Shown here: piece by piece, positions 1 to 9,040 of the stretch | Layout of the letters: every line of letters begins with the position of its first letter | How positions within the stretch are numbered: the stretch's first letter is position 1 | From: Thermoleophilia bacterium UBA6103 | Lineage (GTDB): Bacteria; Actinomycetota; Thermoleophilia; UBA2241 | DNA: 64,000 nt | Assembly: GCA_002423545.1 (NCBI GenBank) | Contig: DIWP01000046.1 | Location: 32,437 to 96,436 of the forward strand | Direction: 5' to 3' | Position numbers and translations under genes: made by a program | The notes under the pieces: generated by a model | What the model saw: only the letters and a program-made list of their open reading frames with translations | What the model was told of the DNA's origin: nothing | Databases searched by the model: none

Positions 1-1121
1 GCATCCTTCACGAGACGGCCGACAAGGGCGCCGCCGGCGCGATCGTCATCAGCGCCGGCGGCCGCGAGTCGGGCAGGCCGGAGTTCGACGGGGAGATCAC
101 GCGGATCGCCCGGGAGCGCGGCCTGCGCTTCTTCGGACCGAACATCCAGGGCGTCGCCTACGGTCCCAACCGCCTCTCGGCTGTCTTCTGGCCGGTCATC
201 ACCGAGCACGGCCCCCTCGCCGTCGTGGGGCAGAGCGGCACGGTGGTGGCGGCGATGAGCGACTGGGCACAGGACGACGGCCTCGGCGTGAGCGCCTCGG
301 TGAGCCTCGGCAATCAGGCCGACATCTGCGAGTCGGACATGATCCGGCTGCTCGCCGAGGACGAGCAGACGCGGTCGATCGCGCTCTACCTCGAGGGTCT
401 CGACGACGGTCCGCGCTTCGTGTCCGCGGTCAAGGACGTCGCCATGCGCACGCCGCTCGTCGTGCTCAAGTGCGGCCGCTCGCAGCGGGGTCGTGAGGCG
501 GTGGCCTCGCATACAGGCTCGCTGGCCGGCTCCGACAAGGTGTTCAGCGGCGTATGCCGCCAGTATGGGGTGGTCCGGGCCGAGGATTCGGAGAGCCTCT
601 ACGACGCCGCCAAGATCCTCGCCTGCATGCCGCCGCCGCGTGGCCGCCGCGTGCTGGTCATCTCCTCCTCGGGCGGCAGCTGCGCCCTGGCCGCCGACGC
701 CGGCGACGACCAGAGGCTCATCCTGCCCGATCTTCCCGACGAGTACGTGGCCGCCCTGCGGGACCTCAACCTCGCCGAGTGGGGCTCGTTCGCCAATCCG
801 CTGGATCTGGCCTCGATGTCGGTCGAGCACTTCCGGACCGCCGCCCGCATGGCCGATCGAGCCGATCTGGCCGACGTCATCCTGCTGATGTACGGCGATC
901 CCATCGTGGGGTCTGCCGAGCTGGCCGCCGAGCTGGTCGCCGAGCTGCGTACGTGTGTCTGCGCCGCCTACTACGGCGGCGGCGCCGTCGAGCAGACGGA
1001 GCGCCGCCGGATGCAGCGCGCCGGCGTGCCCGTGTTCCCCTCGCCGGAGCGCGCCATGAAGGCGATCGCGGCGGCCTGCTGGTATGCGGAACAACGCCGT
1101 GCGTGGGAGGCGGACCGATGA
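1..1121 (+). CDS. NDP-forming acyl-CoA synthetase (ADP-forming acetate--CoA ligase type), alpha / CoA-binding subunit; 5' end lies outside the window
   Basis: The reading frame is open from nt 1. The translation has the CoA-binding and succinyl-CoA-synthetase-like flavodoxin domain signature (…GPNIQGVAYGPN…, SLAGSDKVFSGVCRQYGVVRAEDSESLYD). The stop overlaps the next start (ATGA). Confidence 0.75.
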   Translation, partial: ILHETADKGAAGAIVISAGGRESGRPEFDGEITRIARERGLRFFGPNIQGVAYGPNRLSAVFWPVITEHGPLAVVGQSGTVVAAMSDWAQDDGLGVSASVSLGNQADICESDMIRLLAEDEQTRSIALYLEGLDDGPRFVSAVKDVAMRTPLVVLKCGRSQRGREAVASHTGSLAGSDKVFSGVCRQYGVVRAEDSESLYDAAKILACMPPPRGRRVLVISSSGGSCALAADAGDDQRLILPDLPDEYVAALRDLNLAEWGSFANPLDLASMSVEHFRTAARMADRADLADVILLMYGDPIVGSAELAAELVAELRTCVCAAYYGGGAVEQTERRRMQRAGVPVFPSPERAMKAIAAACWYAEQRRAWEADR

Positions 1122-1801
1122 GCGTGGAGATGGGCCAGAGAACGCGGATGCTCCTCGAGCCGGATGCCGCCACGCTTCTGGCGTCGTACGCCATCCCTTA
1201 CGTCGAGCACGGGATGGCGGCCACCGTCGAGGATGCCGTCGAGACAGCGGCTCGTATCGGCTATCCCGTGGTGCTGAAGATCGTCTCGCCGGACATCGTC
1301 CACAAGACCGAGGTGGGCGGCGTCGTGGTCGGGCTAGACGCCGAGCCGGCGCTGCGCGCCGGCTTCGAGGAGCTGCTGCGCCGGGTGGCCGCCGGCTGCC
1401 CCGGCGCGCAGATCGACGGTGTGCTGGTGGCGCGCCAGATTTCCTTTCGCCGAGAACTGATCGTCGGCGGCATCCGTGACGCGACCTTCGGCGCCACTGT
1501 CATGGTCGGCCTCGGCGGCGTGTTCGCCGAGGCGCTGGAGGACGTGGCCTTCCGCGTCGCGCCGCTGCGGCTCCGGGTCGGCCTCGACATGCTGCGCGAG
1601 CTCCGCGCCGCGTCTGTCCTGGCGGAGTTCCGGGGTGAAGCGGCGGTCGATCTCGAGGCGCTGGCCGGCGTGCTTGTCCGGGTGGGGGACCTGATGCTGG
1701 CTCAGGCGGACATCCGCGAGATCGACCTCAATCCGGTCGTTGCGTCGGCGGACGGCTGCGTCGCGCTCGATGCGCGTATCATTGCCGAGAAAGAAGCCTG
1801 A
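1118..1801 (+). CDS. ADP-forming acyl-CoA synthetase beta subunit (ATP-grasp domain)
   Basis: ATG at 1118 overlaps the upstream stop (ATGA) and is in frame with track ORF 554..1801. ATP-grasp motifs are present (GYPVVLKIVSPDIVHKTEVGGVVVGL, REIDLNPV). Confidence 0.75.
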   Translation: MSVEMGQRTRMLLEPDAATLLASYAIPYVEHGMAATVEDAVETAARIGYPVVLKIVSPDIVHKTEVGGVVVGLDAEPALRAGFEELLRRVAAGCPGAQIDGVLVARQISFRRELIVGGIRDATFGATVMVGLGGVFAEALEDVAFRVAPLRLRVGLDMLRELRAASVLAEFRGEAAVDLEALAGVLVRVGDLMLAQADIREIDLNPVVASADGCVALDARIIAEKEA

Positions 1802-1836
1802 GACACCGTGACGTCGACGATGAGGACGGAGATCAG

Positions 1837-2505
1837 ATGAGTCCGGCAGAGGCGGCGCCACAGGCGGTCGTTCACCGTCGGCGGGCGAGCGATCGAGTGC
1901 TGGCGGAGTTGCGGCGGATGATCATCACTCTCGAGCTGCCGCCGGGCACGGTGGTCACCGAGGAATACCTGTGCACCGTTCTCGACTGCTCGCGCACACC
2001 GCTGCGCGAGTCGTTGCGGATCCTGGCACACGAACACCTGATCGTCGCGGTGCCCCATCGTGGGGTGTCCATCGCCGAGCTCAGCATCGTGCAGTTCTCT
2101 GCCCTCGTCGAGGCTATCGAGGGGGTGGAGTCGTTCCTCGCCCGCCTGGCGGCCGAGCGCATCTCGGACGAGCAGCTGGCGGAGATGGATGAGATGGTGC
2201 GGCAGTCGGAGGGGGCGGCGACCGACGAAGATCTGGCCCAGATCGCGGAGCTGGATTTCCGCTTCCATCACATCCTGGGCGAGGCGGCCGACAATCAGCT
2301 GATGGTCGAGACGCAGGACGTCCTGCACCGGCTCTCGCAGCGTTTCGTCTTCATGGGCTTTCGACGCGCCGGCACCGCCGCCGGTGCCGTCGCCGATCAC
2401 ACGCGCATAGTTGCCGCTCTCCGAGGCCGGGATCCGGATGCCGCCGAATCGGCCGTTCACGAGCATATGCACAATGCCCGCGAGCGCATGAGGGCGGCGT
2501 TGTGA
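1837..2505 (+). CDS. GntR/FadR-family transcriptional regulator (FCD domain)
   Basis: N-terminal winged-helix HTH (LAELRRMIITLELPPGTVVTEEYLCTVLDCSRTPLRESLRILAHEHLI) and a C-terminal FCD-like helical domain. Confidence 0.8.
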   Translation: MSPAEAAPQAVVHRRRASDRVLAELRRMIITLELPPGTVVTEEYLCTVLDCSRTPLRESLRILAHEHLIVAVPHRGVSIAELSIVQFSALVEAIEGVESFLARLAAERISDEQLAEMDEMVRQSEGAATDEDLAQIAELDFRFHHILGEAADNQLMVETQDVLHRLSQRFVFMGFRRAGTAAGAVADHTRIVAALRGRDPDAAESAVHEHMHNARERMRAAL

Positions 2506-2540
2506 ACTGACCGACCGGGCCGCCGGGCCGATCGTCTGCG

Positions 2541-3299
2541 CTACGCGTCGTCCGAGGAGCGGTCCAGTGCCTCCGCGAGGACCTCGCCGACCATCAGTCG
2601 CGTGCCGGCCAGGTGGCTGCGCATCGCCTCTTCCGCCCGCTCCGGCTCGCGATCCCGCACCGCCTCGTAGATCTGCGTGTGCGCGTCGCGCAACTCCTCC
2701 GCGCGATGCGTGCGCAGGAGCAGGCCTACCGGCAGGAACAGCTCGCGACGCACAGCCAGCATCGCGTCTGCGAGATGCCGGCTGTGCGCTGCGGCCGCCA
2801 GAGCGTCGTGGAGCACGGCGTTCCAACGCAGGAACGCCGTGTGACTGTCCGTGGCCGCCGCCGTCCACGCCGATTCGATCTCCCGCAGCTCGCTCTCGCT
2901 GCGCCGCCGCGCCGCCAGGGACGCGATATTCGTCTCGACGATCTCGCGGTACTCCCAGAGGTCGTCCACCTCGTCACCTATGGCCCGCATCCAGTCCGTC
3001 CAGCGGCGGGTGAGAGTCTGGACGTCCTCTACCCGCGACCCACCGTGCGCTCCTCGGCTGGTGACGATGAAGCCGGCACTCTCCAGCGACTTGAGAGCGA
3101 CCCTGAGGGTGAGCACTGAGATGCCCAGATGGTCCGCCAGTTGTCGCAGCGGCGGCAGCCAGTCCCCGGGAGTGAGCTCTCCCGAGTAGATCATCCCGCG
3201 GATCAAGTCGGCGGTGATGTCGCTCGGGTTCACAGCGCTCACGGGTGCCTGAGGGACCGAAGAAGACGAGAAGGCAGAGGCGTCTCTCACCGGCTTCAC
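2541..3299 (-). CDS. GntR/FadR-family transcriptional regulator (FCD domain)
   Basis: HTH motif (LPPLRQLADHLGISVLTLRVALKSLESAGFIVTSRGAHGG) followed by an FCD-type C-terminal domain. Convergent with the upstream GntR gene. Confidence 0.8.
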   Translation of the reverse strand: MKPVRDASAFSSSSVPQAPVSAVNPSDITADLIRGMIYSGELTPGDWLPPLRQLADHLGISVLTLRVALKSLESAGFIVTSRGAHGGSRVEDVQTLTRRWTDWMRAIGDEVDDLWEYREIVETNIASLAARRRSESELREIESAWTAAATDSHTAFLRWNAVLHDALAAAAHSRHLADAMLAVRRELFLPVGLLLRTHRAEELRDAHTQIYEAVRDREPERAEEAMRSHLAGTRLMVGEVLAEALDRSSDDA

Positions 3300-3401
3300 A
3301 ACGCATCGCCCGCTTTCATTGCGGAAGTCCTTGACGCAAATGAATCATACAGTTACTCTCTGACACAATAAGACCCTGCACCACCGATCGGAGGGGCCAC
3401 T

Positions 3402-4340
3402 GTGGCAGTATCGGCGTTCCGGGATGGCGAGTACGTGCCGCTGAACGAGGTCACGGTCAGCGTCCAGAGCCACGCCTTCCAGTACGGCACCAGCGTGTTC
3501 GAGGGTATCCGCGGGTACTGGGACACCGCAGCATCGGACCTCCTTCTCTTCCGCCCCGACCGGCACTACGCACGACTGCATCGCTCTGCCCGATTCTACG
3601 GCATGACCCTGCCGTACTCCGTCGACGACCTGTGCGACATCACCGCCGAGCTGCTCGTGCGGGACGGCGTTCGCGAGGACGCCTATGTGCGGCCGGTCCT
3701 CTTCAAGGACACGAATGCCATCGGGGTCTGGCGCCCCGACCTGACGGACAGCTTCGTCGTCTTCCACGTTCCCATGGGCAAGTACCTGGCCGATGAGGCG
3801 ATCCGATGCTGCGTCAGTACATGGCGGCGGCCGGAGGGCAACGCGGCCCCCGTCCGGGCCAAGGTCGGCGGCCTGTACGCGGCCATGGCCCTGGCACGCT
3901 ACGAGGCGATGCTGCAGGGCTTCGACGAGGCGATCACACTGACGGCGACGGGGCACGTGGCGGAAGGGACCGGCGAGAACGTCTTCCTCGTCCAGGACGG
4001 CCGGCTGGTGACCCCGGCCGCCGGAGAGGACCTGCTCGCCGGCATCACCCGCGAGTGCGTCATCGAGCTGGCGGAGGCAGAGCTCGGCCTCGAGGTGGTC
4101 GAGCGCTCGGTAAACCGCAGCGAGCTGTACGTGTCGGACGAGATCTTCCTGGTCGGTACGGCGGCCGAGGTCACGCCCGTGGCGGAGGTCGACCGCCGTC
4201 TCGTCGGCGACGGACAGACCGGACCGATCACGGCCGACCTGAAGGACCTCTTTTCGCGCGTGGTCCGTGGCAGGGTCGCGAAGTATGGGCACTGGTGCTT
4301 TCCGGTCCGCACCCAGGTTCCGCAGGCGGTCCGGCCGTGA
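3402..4340 (+). CDS. ilvE: Branched-chain amino acid aminotransferase (class IV PLP aminotransferase)
   Basis: Class IV aminotransferase motifs (FQYGTSVFEGIRGYW, ENVFLVQDGRLVTPA, LAGITRECVIELA). GTG start. Confidence 0.8.
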   Translation: MAVSAFRDGEYVPLNEVTVSVQSHAFQYGTSVFEGIRGYWDTAASDLLLFRPDRHYARLHRSARFYGMTLPYSVDDLCDITAELLVRDGVREDAYVRPVLFKDTNAIGVWRPDLTDSFVVFHVPMGKYLADEAIRCCVSTWRRPEGNAAPVRAKVGGLYAAMALARYEAMLQGFDEAITLTATGHVAEGTGENVFLVQDGRLVTPAAGEDLLAGITRECVIELAEAELGLEVVERSVNRSELYVSDEIFLVGTAAEVTPVAEVDRRLVGDGQTGPITADLKDLFSRVVRGRVAKYGHWCFPVRTQVPQAVRP

Positions 4341-6571
4341 TCGAAATAGTGGTCCACGGGCGCGGTGGGCGCGGGGGCGTCACGCTGGCGAAGCTGATCG
4401 CCGGCATGTACTTCCGGCGAGGAAGCTACGTGCAGGCGTTCGGCGTCTACGGCGCCGAGCGCTCCGGCGCGCCGGTCCAGGCGTACGTCCGGGTGGATAC
4501 GGAGGAGATCACCGCGCACCTGCCGATCACCGAGCCCGACCACATCGTCGTCATCGATCCGTCGCTCATCACGGCAGCTGTCGCGTCGGGCCTGAGGGCG
4601 GGCGGGTGGCTGGTGTTGAACTCACCGCTGGAGCCCGCCGCGTTCGCTCAAACGTTCCCAGGGTGCTGTGTTGCAACGCTCGACGCGAACGCGATCGCGT
4701 CGGCCAATGGACTCGGGAGCCCGGCCCTGCCCATCGTCAACACGACCATGCTCGGTGCGGCCGCCAGGTTGTTCGGCCTGCACGTGGCCGACGTCGAGGG
4801 TGCGCTCGACGATGTCGGCCTGAAGGGCGGCAACCCGGCCGCCGCGCGGGCGGCCTATGACTCCGTGCTGACGGCGGCGATGCCCGGTAAGGTCGTCCGC
4901 GTCGCGCCGCAGTTGCCGCCGCGGTCGCTCGGCTTCCTGGACGATGGCGTCGGTGGCCTTCCCACCATCCACACCGGGCAGTGGGCGTCGCGCCGCCCGC
5001 ACAGCCGCGAGCTCGCCGCGGTGTGCAGCGAGGCGTGTCCCGCCGGCAATGACGTACGCGGCTTCCTGCAGGCGGCGGCGCGGGGCGACTACGACGCCGC
5101 GCTGTCCCTGATCCTCGAGACATCGCCGTTCCCCGGTATCTGCGGTCGCGTCTGTCCGGCGCCCTGCATGGCCGGCTGCAACCGCGCCCAACTGGACGAA
5201 GCGGTGAACGTGCGCGAGGTGGAGCGCGCCGTTGCAGGGCGCGGCCGGCTACCGGAGCCCGGGAAGCCCCGGCGCGCCGAGCGTGTCGCGGTGGTCGGGT
5301 CTGGCCCGGCCGGCCTGAGCGCCGCCTATCACCTGGGGCGCTTGGGCTACGGCGTCACGGTGTTCGAGGCCGACCCCGAGAGCGGTGGGCTGCTGCGCCG
5401 CGGCATACCGGCGTACCGCCTGCCGCGCGACATACTAGATCGCGAAGTGGATTTCGTGCTGCGGCACGGCGTCGACATCGAAACGGGTCACCCCGTCGAC
5501 CGCGCGGAGCTGGCGCGACTGCGCAGGCGATACGCCGCCGTGTTCGTGGCGACCGGTTTGCAGGGCACGCCGTCGCTCGAGCTCGGCGGCGCCTGCAACG
5601 GCGCGGTGCTCCAGGGGCTCGACTTCCTCGAGAGGGCCTGTCGAGGCGAGGCCTCGGTCGCCGGCGACAGCCTGGTCGTGGTGGGCGGTGGCAACACGGC
5701 GATGGATGCCGCGCGGACGGCGCTCCGTCTGGGCGCCCGGGACGTGCGCGTCGTCTACCGGCGCACCCGTGACGAGATGCCGGCGATCGCCGAGGAGGTC
5801 GACGAAGCTCTCGAAGAGGGGGTCGAGCTCCGCGAGCTGGAAGCGCCTGTGCGGATCTGCGAGGCAGCGACGGGCCCGACGCTCGTCTGCCGACGCATGC
5901 GGCTGGGCAAACCGGACGGATCCGGCCGGCGTCGCCCCGTGCCCGTGGAAGGCGACGAGGCTCTCGTCGAACTGCCGTGCGACCGTCTGCTGCTCGCCCT
6001 GGGCCAATCGCCGGATGTCTCCGTGCTGCCGAAAGGCGCGGAGATCAGGGGGTGCCGGATCGCCGGCGAAAAAGAGGACGCGCCGCTCTTCGTCGGTGGC
6101 GACCTGGCGACGGGAGAGGGGACGGTGGCGGCGGCCGTGGGCAGCGGCCGGCTGGCCGCCGCACGCATCCATGCCCTGCTCGACGGCAGCGAGACGGAAG
6201 AACCGCAACCGCACGAGCTCGCCGGCCCCGACGTCATCGCGCTCGACCGGTTCCCGAAAACGGCCCAGCACAAGAGCGCCATGCTGGCCGTGGACGAGCG
6301 ACGGCGTACTTTCCTGGAGGTCCGCCGCGGCTTCGTCGACGAGGAGGGCGAGGACGCGACCGCCGCCGAGGCGGCGCGCTGCCTCAGCTGCGGCGCCTGC
6401 AACGAGTGCGAGACCTGTGTCGCCTACTGTCCCGAGGGGGTCGTCTGCCCCGCCGGCGGCCACCGGTACCTCTTCGACTACGAGTACTGCAAGGGCTGCG
6501 GGCTCTGCGCGGCACAGTGCCCGCGCGGCGTGATCGTCATGGAGGACTGCGCGGAGGAGGTCTGCACGTGA
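4337..6571 (+). CDS. 2-oxoacid:ferredoxin oxidoreductase gamma subunit fused to a GltD-like NAD(P)H/FAD/[4Fe-4S] oxidoreductase domain and a C-terminal delta (2x[4Fe-4S] ferredoxin) subunit
   Basis: GTG at 4337 (GTGA overlap with the ilvE stop) is in frame with track ORF 3806..6571. Residues upstream of it are an alternative-frame artefact over ilvE. N-terminus is KOR gamma (VIEIVVHGRGGRGGVTLAKLIAGMYFRRGSYVQAFGVYGAERSGAP). The middle has GltD-type Cys clusters (CSEACPAGNDV, CGRVCPAPCMAGCN) plus FAD/NAD Rossmann folds (VAVVGSGPAGLSAAYHL, VVVGGGNTAMDAART). The C-terminus has CLSCGACNECETCVAYCP and CKGCGLCAAQCP. Confidence 0.75.
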   Translation: MIEIVVHGRGGRGGVTLAKLIAGMYFRRGSYVQAFGVYGAERSGAPVQAYVRVDTEEITAHLPITEPDHIVVIDPSLITAAVASGLRAGGWLVLNSPLEPAAFAQTFPGCCVATLDANAIASANGLGSPALPIVNTTMLGAAARLFGLHVADVEGALDDVGLKGGNPAAARAAYDSVLTAAMPGKVVRVAPQLPPRSLGFLDDGVGGLPTIHTGQWASRRPHSRELAAVCSEACPAGNDVRGFLQAAARGDYDAALSLILETSPFPGICGRVCPAPCMAGCNRAQLDEAVNVREVERAVAGRGRLPEPGKPRRAERVAVVGSGPAGLSAAYHLGRLGYGVTVFEADPESGGLLRRGIPAYRLPRDILDREVDFVLRHGVDIETGHPVDRAELARLRRRYAAVFVATGLQGTPSLELGGACNGAVLQGLDFLERACRGEASVAGDSLVVVGGGNTAMDAARTALRLGARDVRVVYRRTRDEMPAIAEEVDEALEEGVELRELEAPVRICEAATGPTLVCRRMRLGKPDGSGRRRPVPVEGDEALVELPCDRLLLALGQSPDVSVLPKGAEIRGCRIAGEKEDAPLFVGGDLATGEGTVAAAVGSGRLAAARIHALLDGSETEEPQPHELAGPDVIALDRFPKTAQHKSAMLAVDERRRTFLEVRRGFVDEEGEDATAAEAARCLSCGACNECETCVAYCPEGVVCPAGGHRYLFDYEYCKGCGLCAAQCPRGVIVMEDCAEEVCT

Positions 6572-7743
6572 GCCGCGCATACGTGACCGGGAATCACGCC
6601 GCCGGCCACGCGCTGGCTGCCGCCGGTGAGGCCAACCGCCGTGCGCGCGGCTGCTGCGGCGGCGCGTACCCCATCACGCCGCAGACCGAGATCATCGAGT
6701 ATCTCATGGCGCATGCCTTCGCCAGAGGGAGCGTGGTGCCGGTCGAGTCCGAGCACAGCGCGATGGGGGTGTGCATCGGCGCCGCGCTCGCCGGCGCCCG
6801 CGCCTTCACCGCCAGTTCGGCCAACGGCCTCCTCTACATGATGGAGAACGTGTTCGCCGCGGGCTACTACCGCCTGCCGGTGGTGATGGTCGTGTCGAAC
6901 CGGACGCTTGGACCGCCCTGGAACATCTGGGCGGACCAGGGCGACAGCCTCGCACTGCGCGACGCCCCTTGGCTGCAGTTCTACTGCGACTCGCACCAGG
7001 ATCTGGTCGATACGATCCTGGTAGCGTTCCGGATCGCCGAGGACCTACGGGTCCTCCTGCCGGCGATCGTCGCCCAGGACGGCTTCCTTCTCTCGCACAC
7101 GCAGATGGTGGTCGATCTTCCCGAGCAGGAACTGGTCGACGGCTATCTGCCGCCGCTCGACCTGCCGCATCATCTGGACTTCGGGCGCCCGCGGATGTAC
7201 GGCGGAATGACGTGGCCGCGCGACACGCAGCGGCAGCGCGCGGACATCCAGGCCGCCATGGACCGGGTGCCCGAGGTGCTCGACGAGGCGCTCGACGACT
7301 TCGAGCGGTCGTTCGGCCGCCGGCCGGTCTCGGCCTTCTCCGCGGAGCAGACCGGCGACGCCGACATCGTCGTGGTCGCCTGCAACACGCTCGCGGAGAC
7401 GGCCAGAGAGGTCGTCCGGGCCCGCCGGGCCGCGGGTGAGCGTGTGGGGCTGGTCCGGGTGAAGCTCTTCCGGCCGTTCCTCAGGCAAGCGCTCGTCGAC
7501 GCGGTGGGCCCGGCCAGTCGGGTCGCGGTCCTCGACCGCAACCACTCGCCGGGCTCGGGTGGCATCTTCTGGAACGAGATCGCGACAAGCCTGCGATCCC
7601 GTCCGGACGTGGTGCTGCAGGACTACATCGTCGGGCTCGGCGGCAGCGACGTGGCGCCGGCCGTCATCGACGGCATCATCCGGGACGTCGGCACCCGCGA
7701 CACCGCCGCCGATCCGATCTTCATCACGGAGGCGGTCGCATGA
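6568..7743 (+). CDS. 2-oxoacid:ferredoxin oxidoreductase alpha subunit
   Basis: GTG start with GTGA overlap, in frame with ORF 5977..7743. PorA/VorA-like sequence (GNHAAGHALAAAGEANRRARGCCGGAYPITPQTEIIEY…SEHSAMGVCIGAALAGARAFTASSANGL). Confidence 0.85.
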   Translation: MSRAYVTGNHAAGHALAAAGEANRRARGCCGGAYPITPQTEIIEYLMAHAFARGSVVPVESEHSAMGVCIGAALAGARAFTASSANGLLYMMENVFAAGYYRLPVVMVVSNRTLGPPWNIWADQGDSLALRDAPWLQFYCDSHQDLVDTILVAFRIAEDLRVLLPAIVAQDGFLLSHTQMVVDLPEQELVDGYLPPLDLPHHLDFGRPRMYGGMTWPRDTQRQRADIQAAMDRVPEVLDEALDDFERSFGRRPVSAFSAEQTGDADIVVVACNTLAETAREVVRARRAAGERVGLVRVKLFRPFLRQALVDAVGPASRVAVLDRNHSPGSGGIFWNEIATSLRSRPDVVLQDYIVGLGGSDVAPAVIDGIIRDVGTRDTAADPIFITEAVA

Positions 7744-8723
7744 ACGTGACCGGTGTTGAGGAGGAGGTCCACAGCCACACCGAGCACGCGCTGTGGCGTG
7801 CCGGCAACGGCGCCTGCGCCGGGTGTGGCATGTCACTCGGCCTGCAGTGGGTGGACCAGGCGCTCGACGGCGAGAAGCCGACCATGGTGGTGCCCGCCTG
7901 TTGCGCGGTCGTCACGCCGGGTTCCTACCCGACGACCGCCTTCGGCGTGCCGGCCGTGGCCACCACGTTCGCGAGTTCTCCGTCGGTGGCCACGGGTGTC
8001 AGCCGGGTGCGTCAGATGAACGGCGAGGACATCCCGACGATCTGTTGGGCCGGAGACGGCGGCACCTACGACATCGGCCTGGCCACGATCTCGGGGGCGG
8101 CCGAGCGCAACGAGGACATCATCTACATCTGCTACGACAACGAGATCTACGGCAACACCGGCGGGCAGCGCAGCAGCGCGACCTTGCCGGGTGCGAGGAC
8201 CAGCACCACGCCCGCCGGCAAGCACGAGCCCAAGAAGGACATCATGGCGGTGCTTGTCGCGCACCGCATCCCCTATGCGGCCACCCTCTCGCTGGCGCAC
8301 CGCGACGACTTCCTGCGCAAGATCCGGGTGGCCCGCCGACTGCGGGGGTTTCGCTTCATGGTGATGCTGTCGCCGTGCCCGGCAGGCTGGAAGTCGGACC
8401 CGGCCGAGGGCATCGACCTGGTGCGGGCGGCTGTGGGATGCGGCCTGTTCCCGCTCTACGAGGTCTTCGACGGCCGCCGCTACCGCATCAACGCCCGTCC
8501 GGACGGCACCGCTCTGGAGGACTACCTGTCGCGGCAGGGCCGCTTCAGGACGCCCTCCTTCGATCACGCCGCCACGCGCGCCGCCATCGCCGAGCAGTGG
8601 GCCTACCTGGATGCCATGGAGGCGGCCTTCCCGGCCGGGCCCCGTGAGGGGTCGGACGTCCCGGCCGCTCCGCCACCCCCTCCCATAGCCCCGGAGGCGA
8701 ACGGACCGGTGACGGGGCCGTGA
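7740..8723 (+). CDS. 2-oxoacid:ferredoxin oxidoreductase beta subunit (TPP-binding)
   Basis: ATGA overlap with the alpha subunit. TPP and Fe-S motifs (CAGCGMSLGL, GDGGTYDIGLATISGAAERNEDIIYICYDNEIYGNTGGQ). Confidence 0.85.
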   Translation: MNVTGVEEEVHSHTEHALWRAGNGACAGCGMSLGLQWVDQALDGEKPTMVVPACCAVVTPGSYPTTAFGVPAVATTFASSPSVATGVSRVRQMNGEDIPTICWAGDGGTYDIGLATISGAAERNEDIIYICYDNEIYGNTGGQRSSATLPGARTSTTPAGKHEPKKDIMAVLVAHRIPYAATLSLAHRDDFLRKIRVARRLRGFRFMVMLSPCPAGWKSDPAEGIDLVRAAVGCGLFPLYEVFDGRRYRINARPDGTALEDYLSRQGRFRTPSFDHAATRAAIAEQWAYLDAMEAAFPAGPREGSDVPAAPPPPPIAPEANGPVTGP

Positions 8724-9040
8724 AGCACACCCTCCGCATCATCGTGCTGGACCGGCCATCCGTCCTGGCCCGCGTGGCCGGACAGGTAGGGCGCCGCAGC
8801 GTCAACATCGATCACTTCACGGCGCGCAACATCGCCGACGGCAAGACGGTGATCACCATCGGCATCGACACCGACGAACACCTGGCCGAACGGCTCGCGA
8901 AGGGGATCGCCCGGCTCATCGACGTCCTCGATGTGGACTGGAAGCCCGACGTATCGCGTCCGGACGGGCCGGTGGCCATAGCCGAAGATCGACGGACGGA
9001 GCGCTCCGTAGAGGAGGACAGATGCCCGCGAACAAGATGA
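8720..9040 (+). CDS. Stand-alone ACT-domain protein (AHAS small-subunit-like regulatory fold)
   Basis: GTG with GTGA overlap to the KOR beta stop. HTLRIIVLDRPSVLARVAGQVGRRSVNIDHFTARNIADGKTVITIGIDTD is typical of IlvH-type ACT domains. The 3' end overlaps the next gene by 19 nt. Confidence 0.6.
   Translation: MKHTLRIIVLDRPSVLARVAGQVGRRSVNIDHFTARNIADGKTVITIGIDTDEHLAERLAKGIARLIDVLDVDWKPDVSRPDGPVAIAEDRRTERSVEEDRCPRTR

Noticed and set aside
3806-4336. N-terminal 177 aa of track ORF 3806..6571 (and similarly 5977..6567 and 13668..13787)
   Set aside because: These are alternative-frame read-throughs overlapping the upstream gene. The homologous part begins at GTG codons that overlap the upstream stops (GTGA/ATGA), so internal GTG starts were used.
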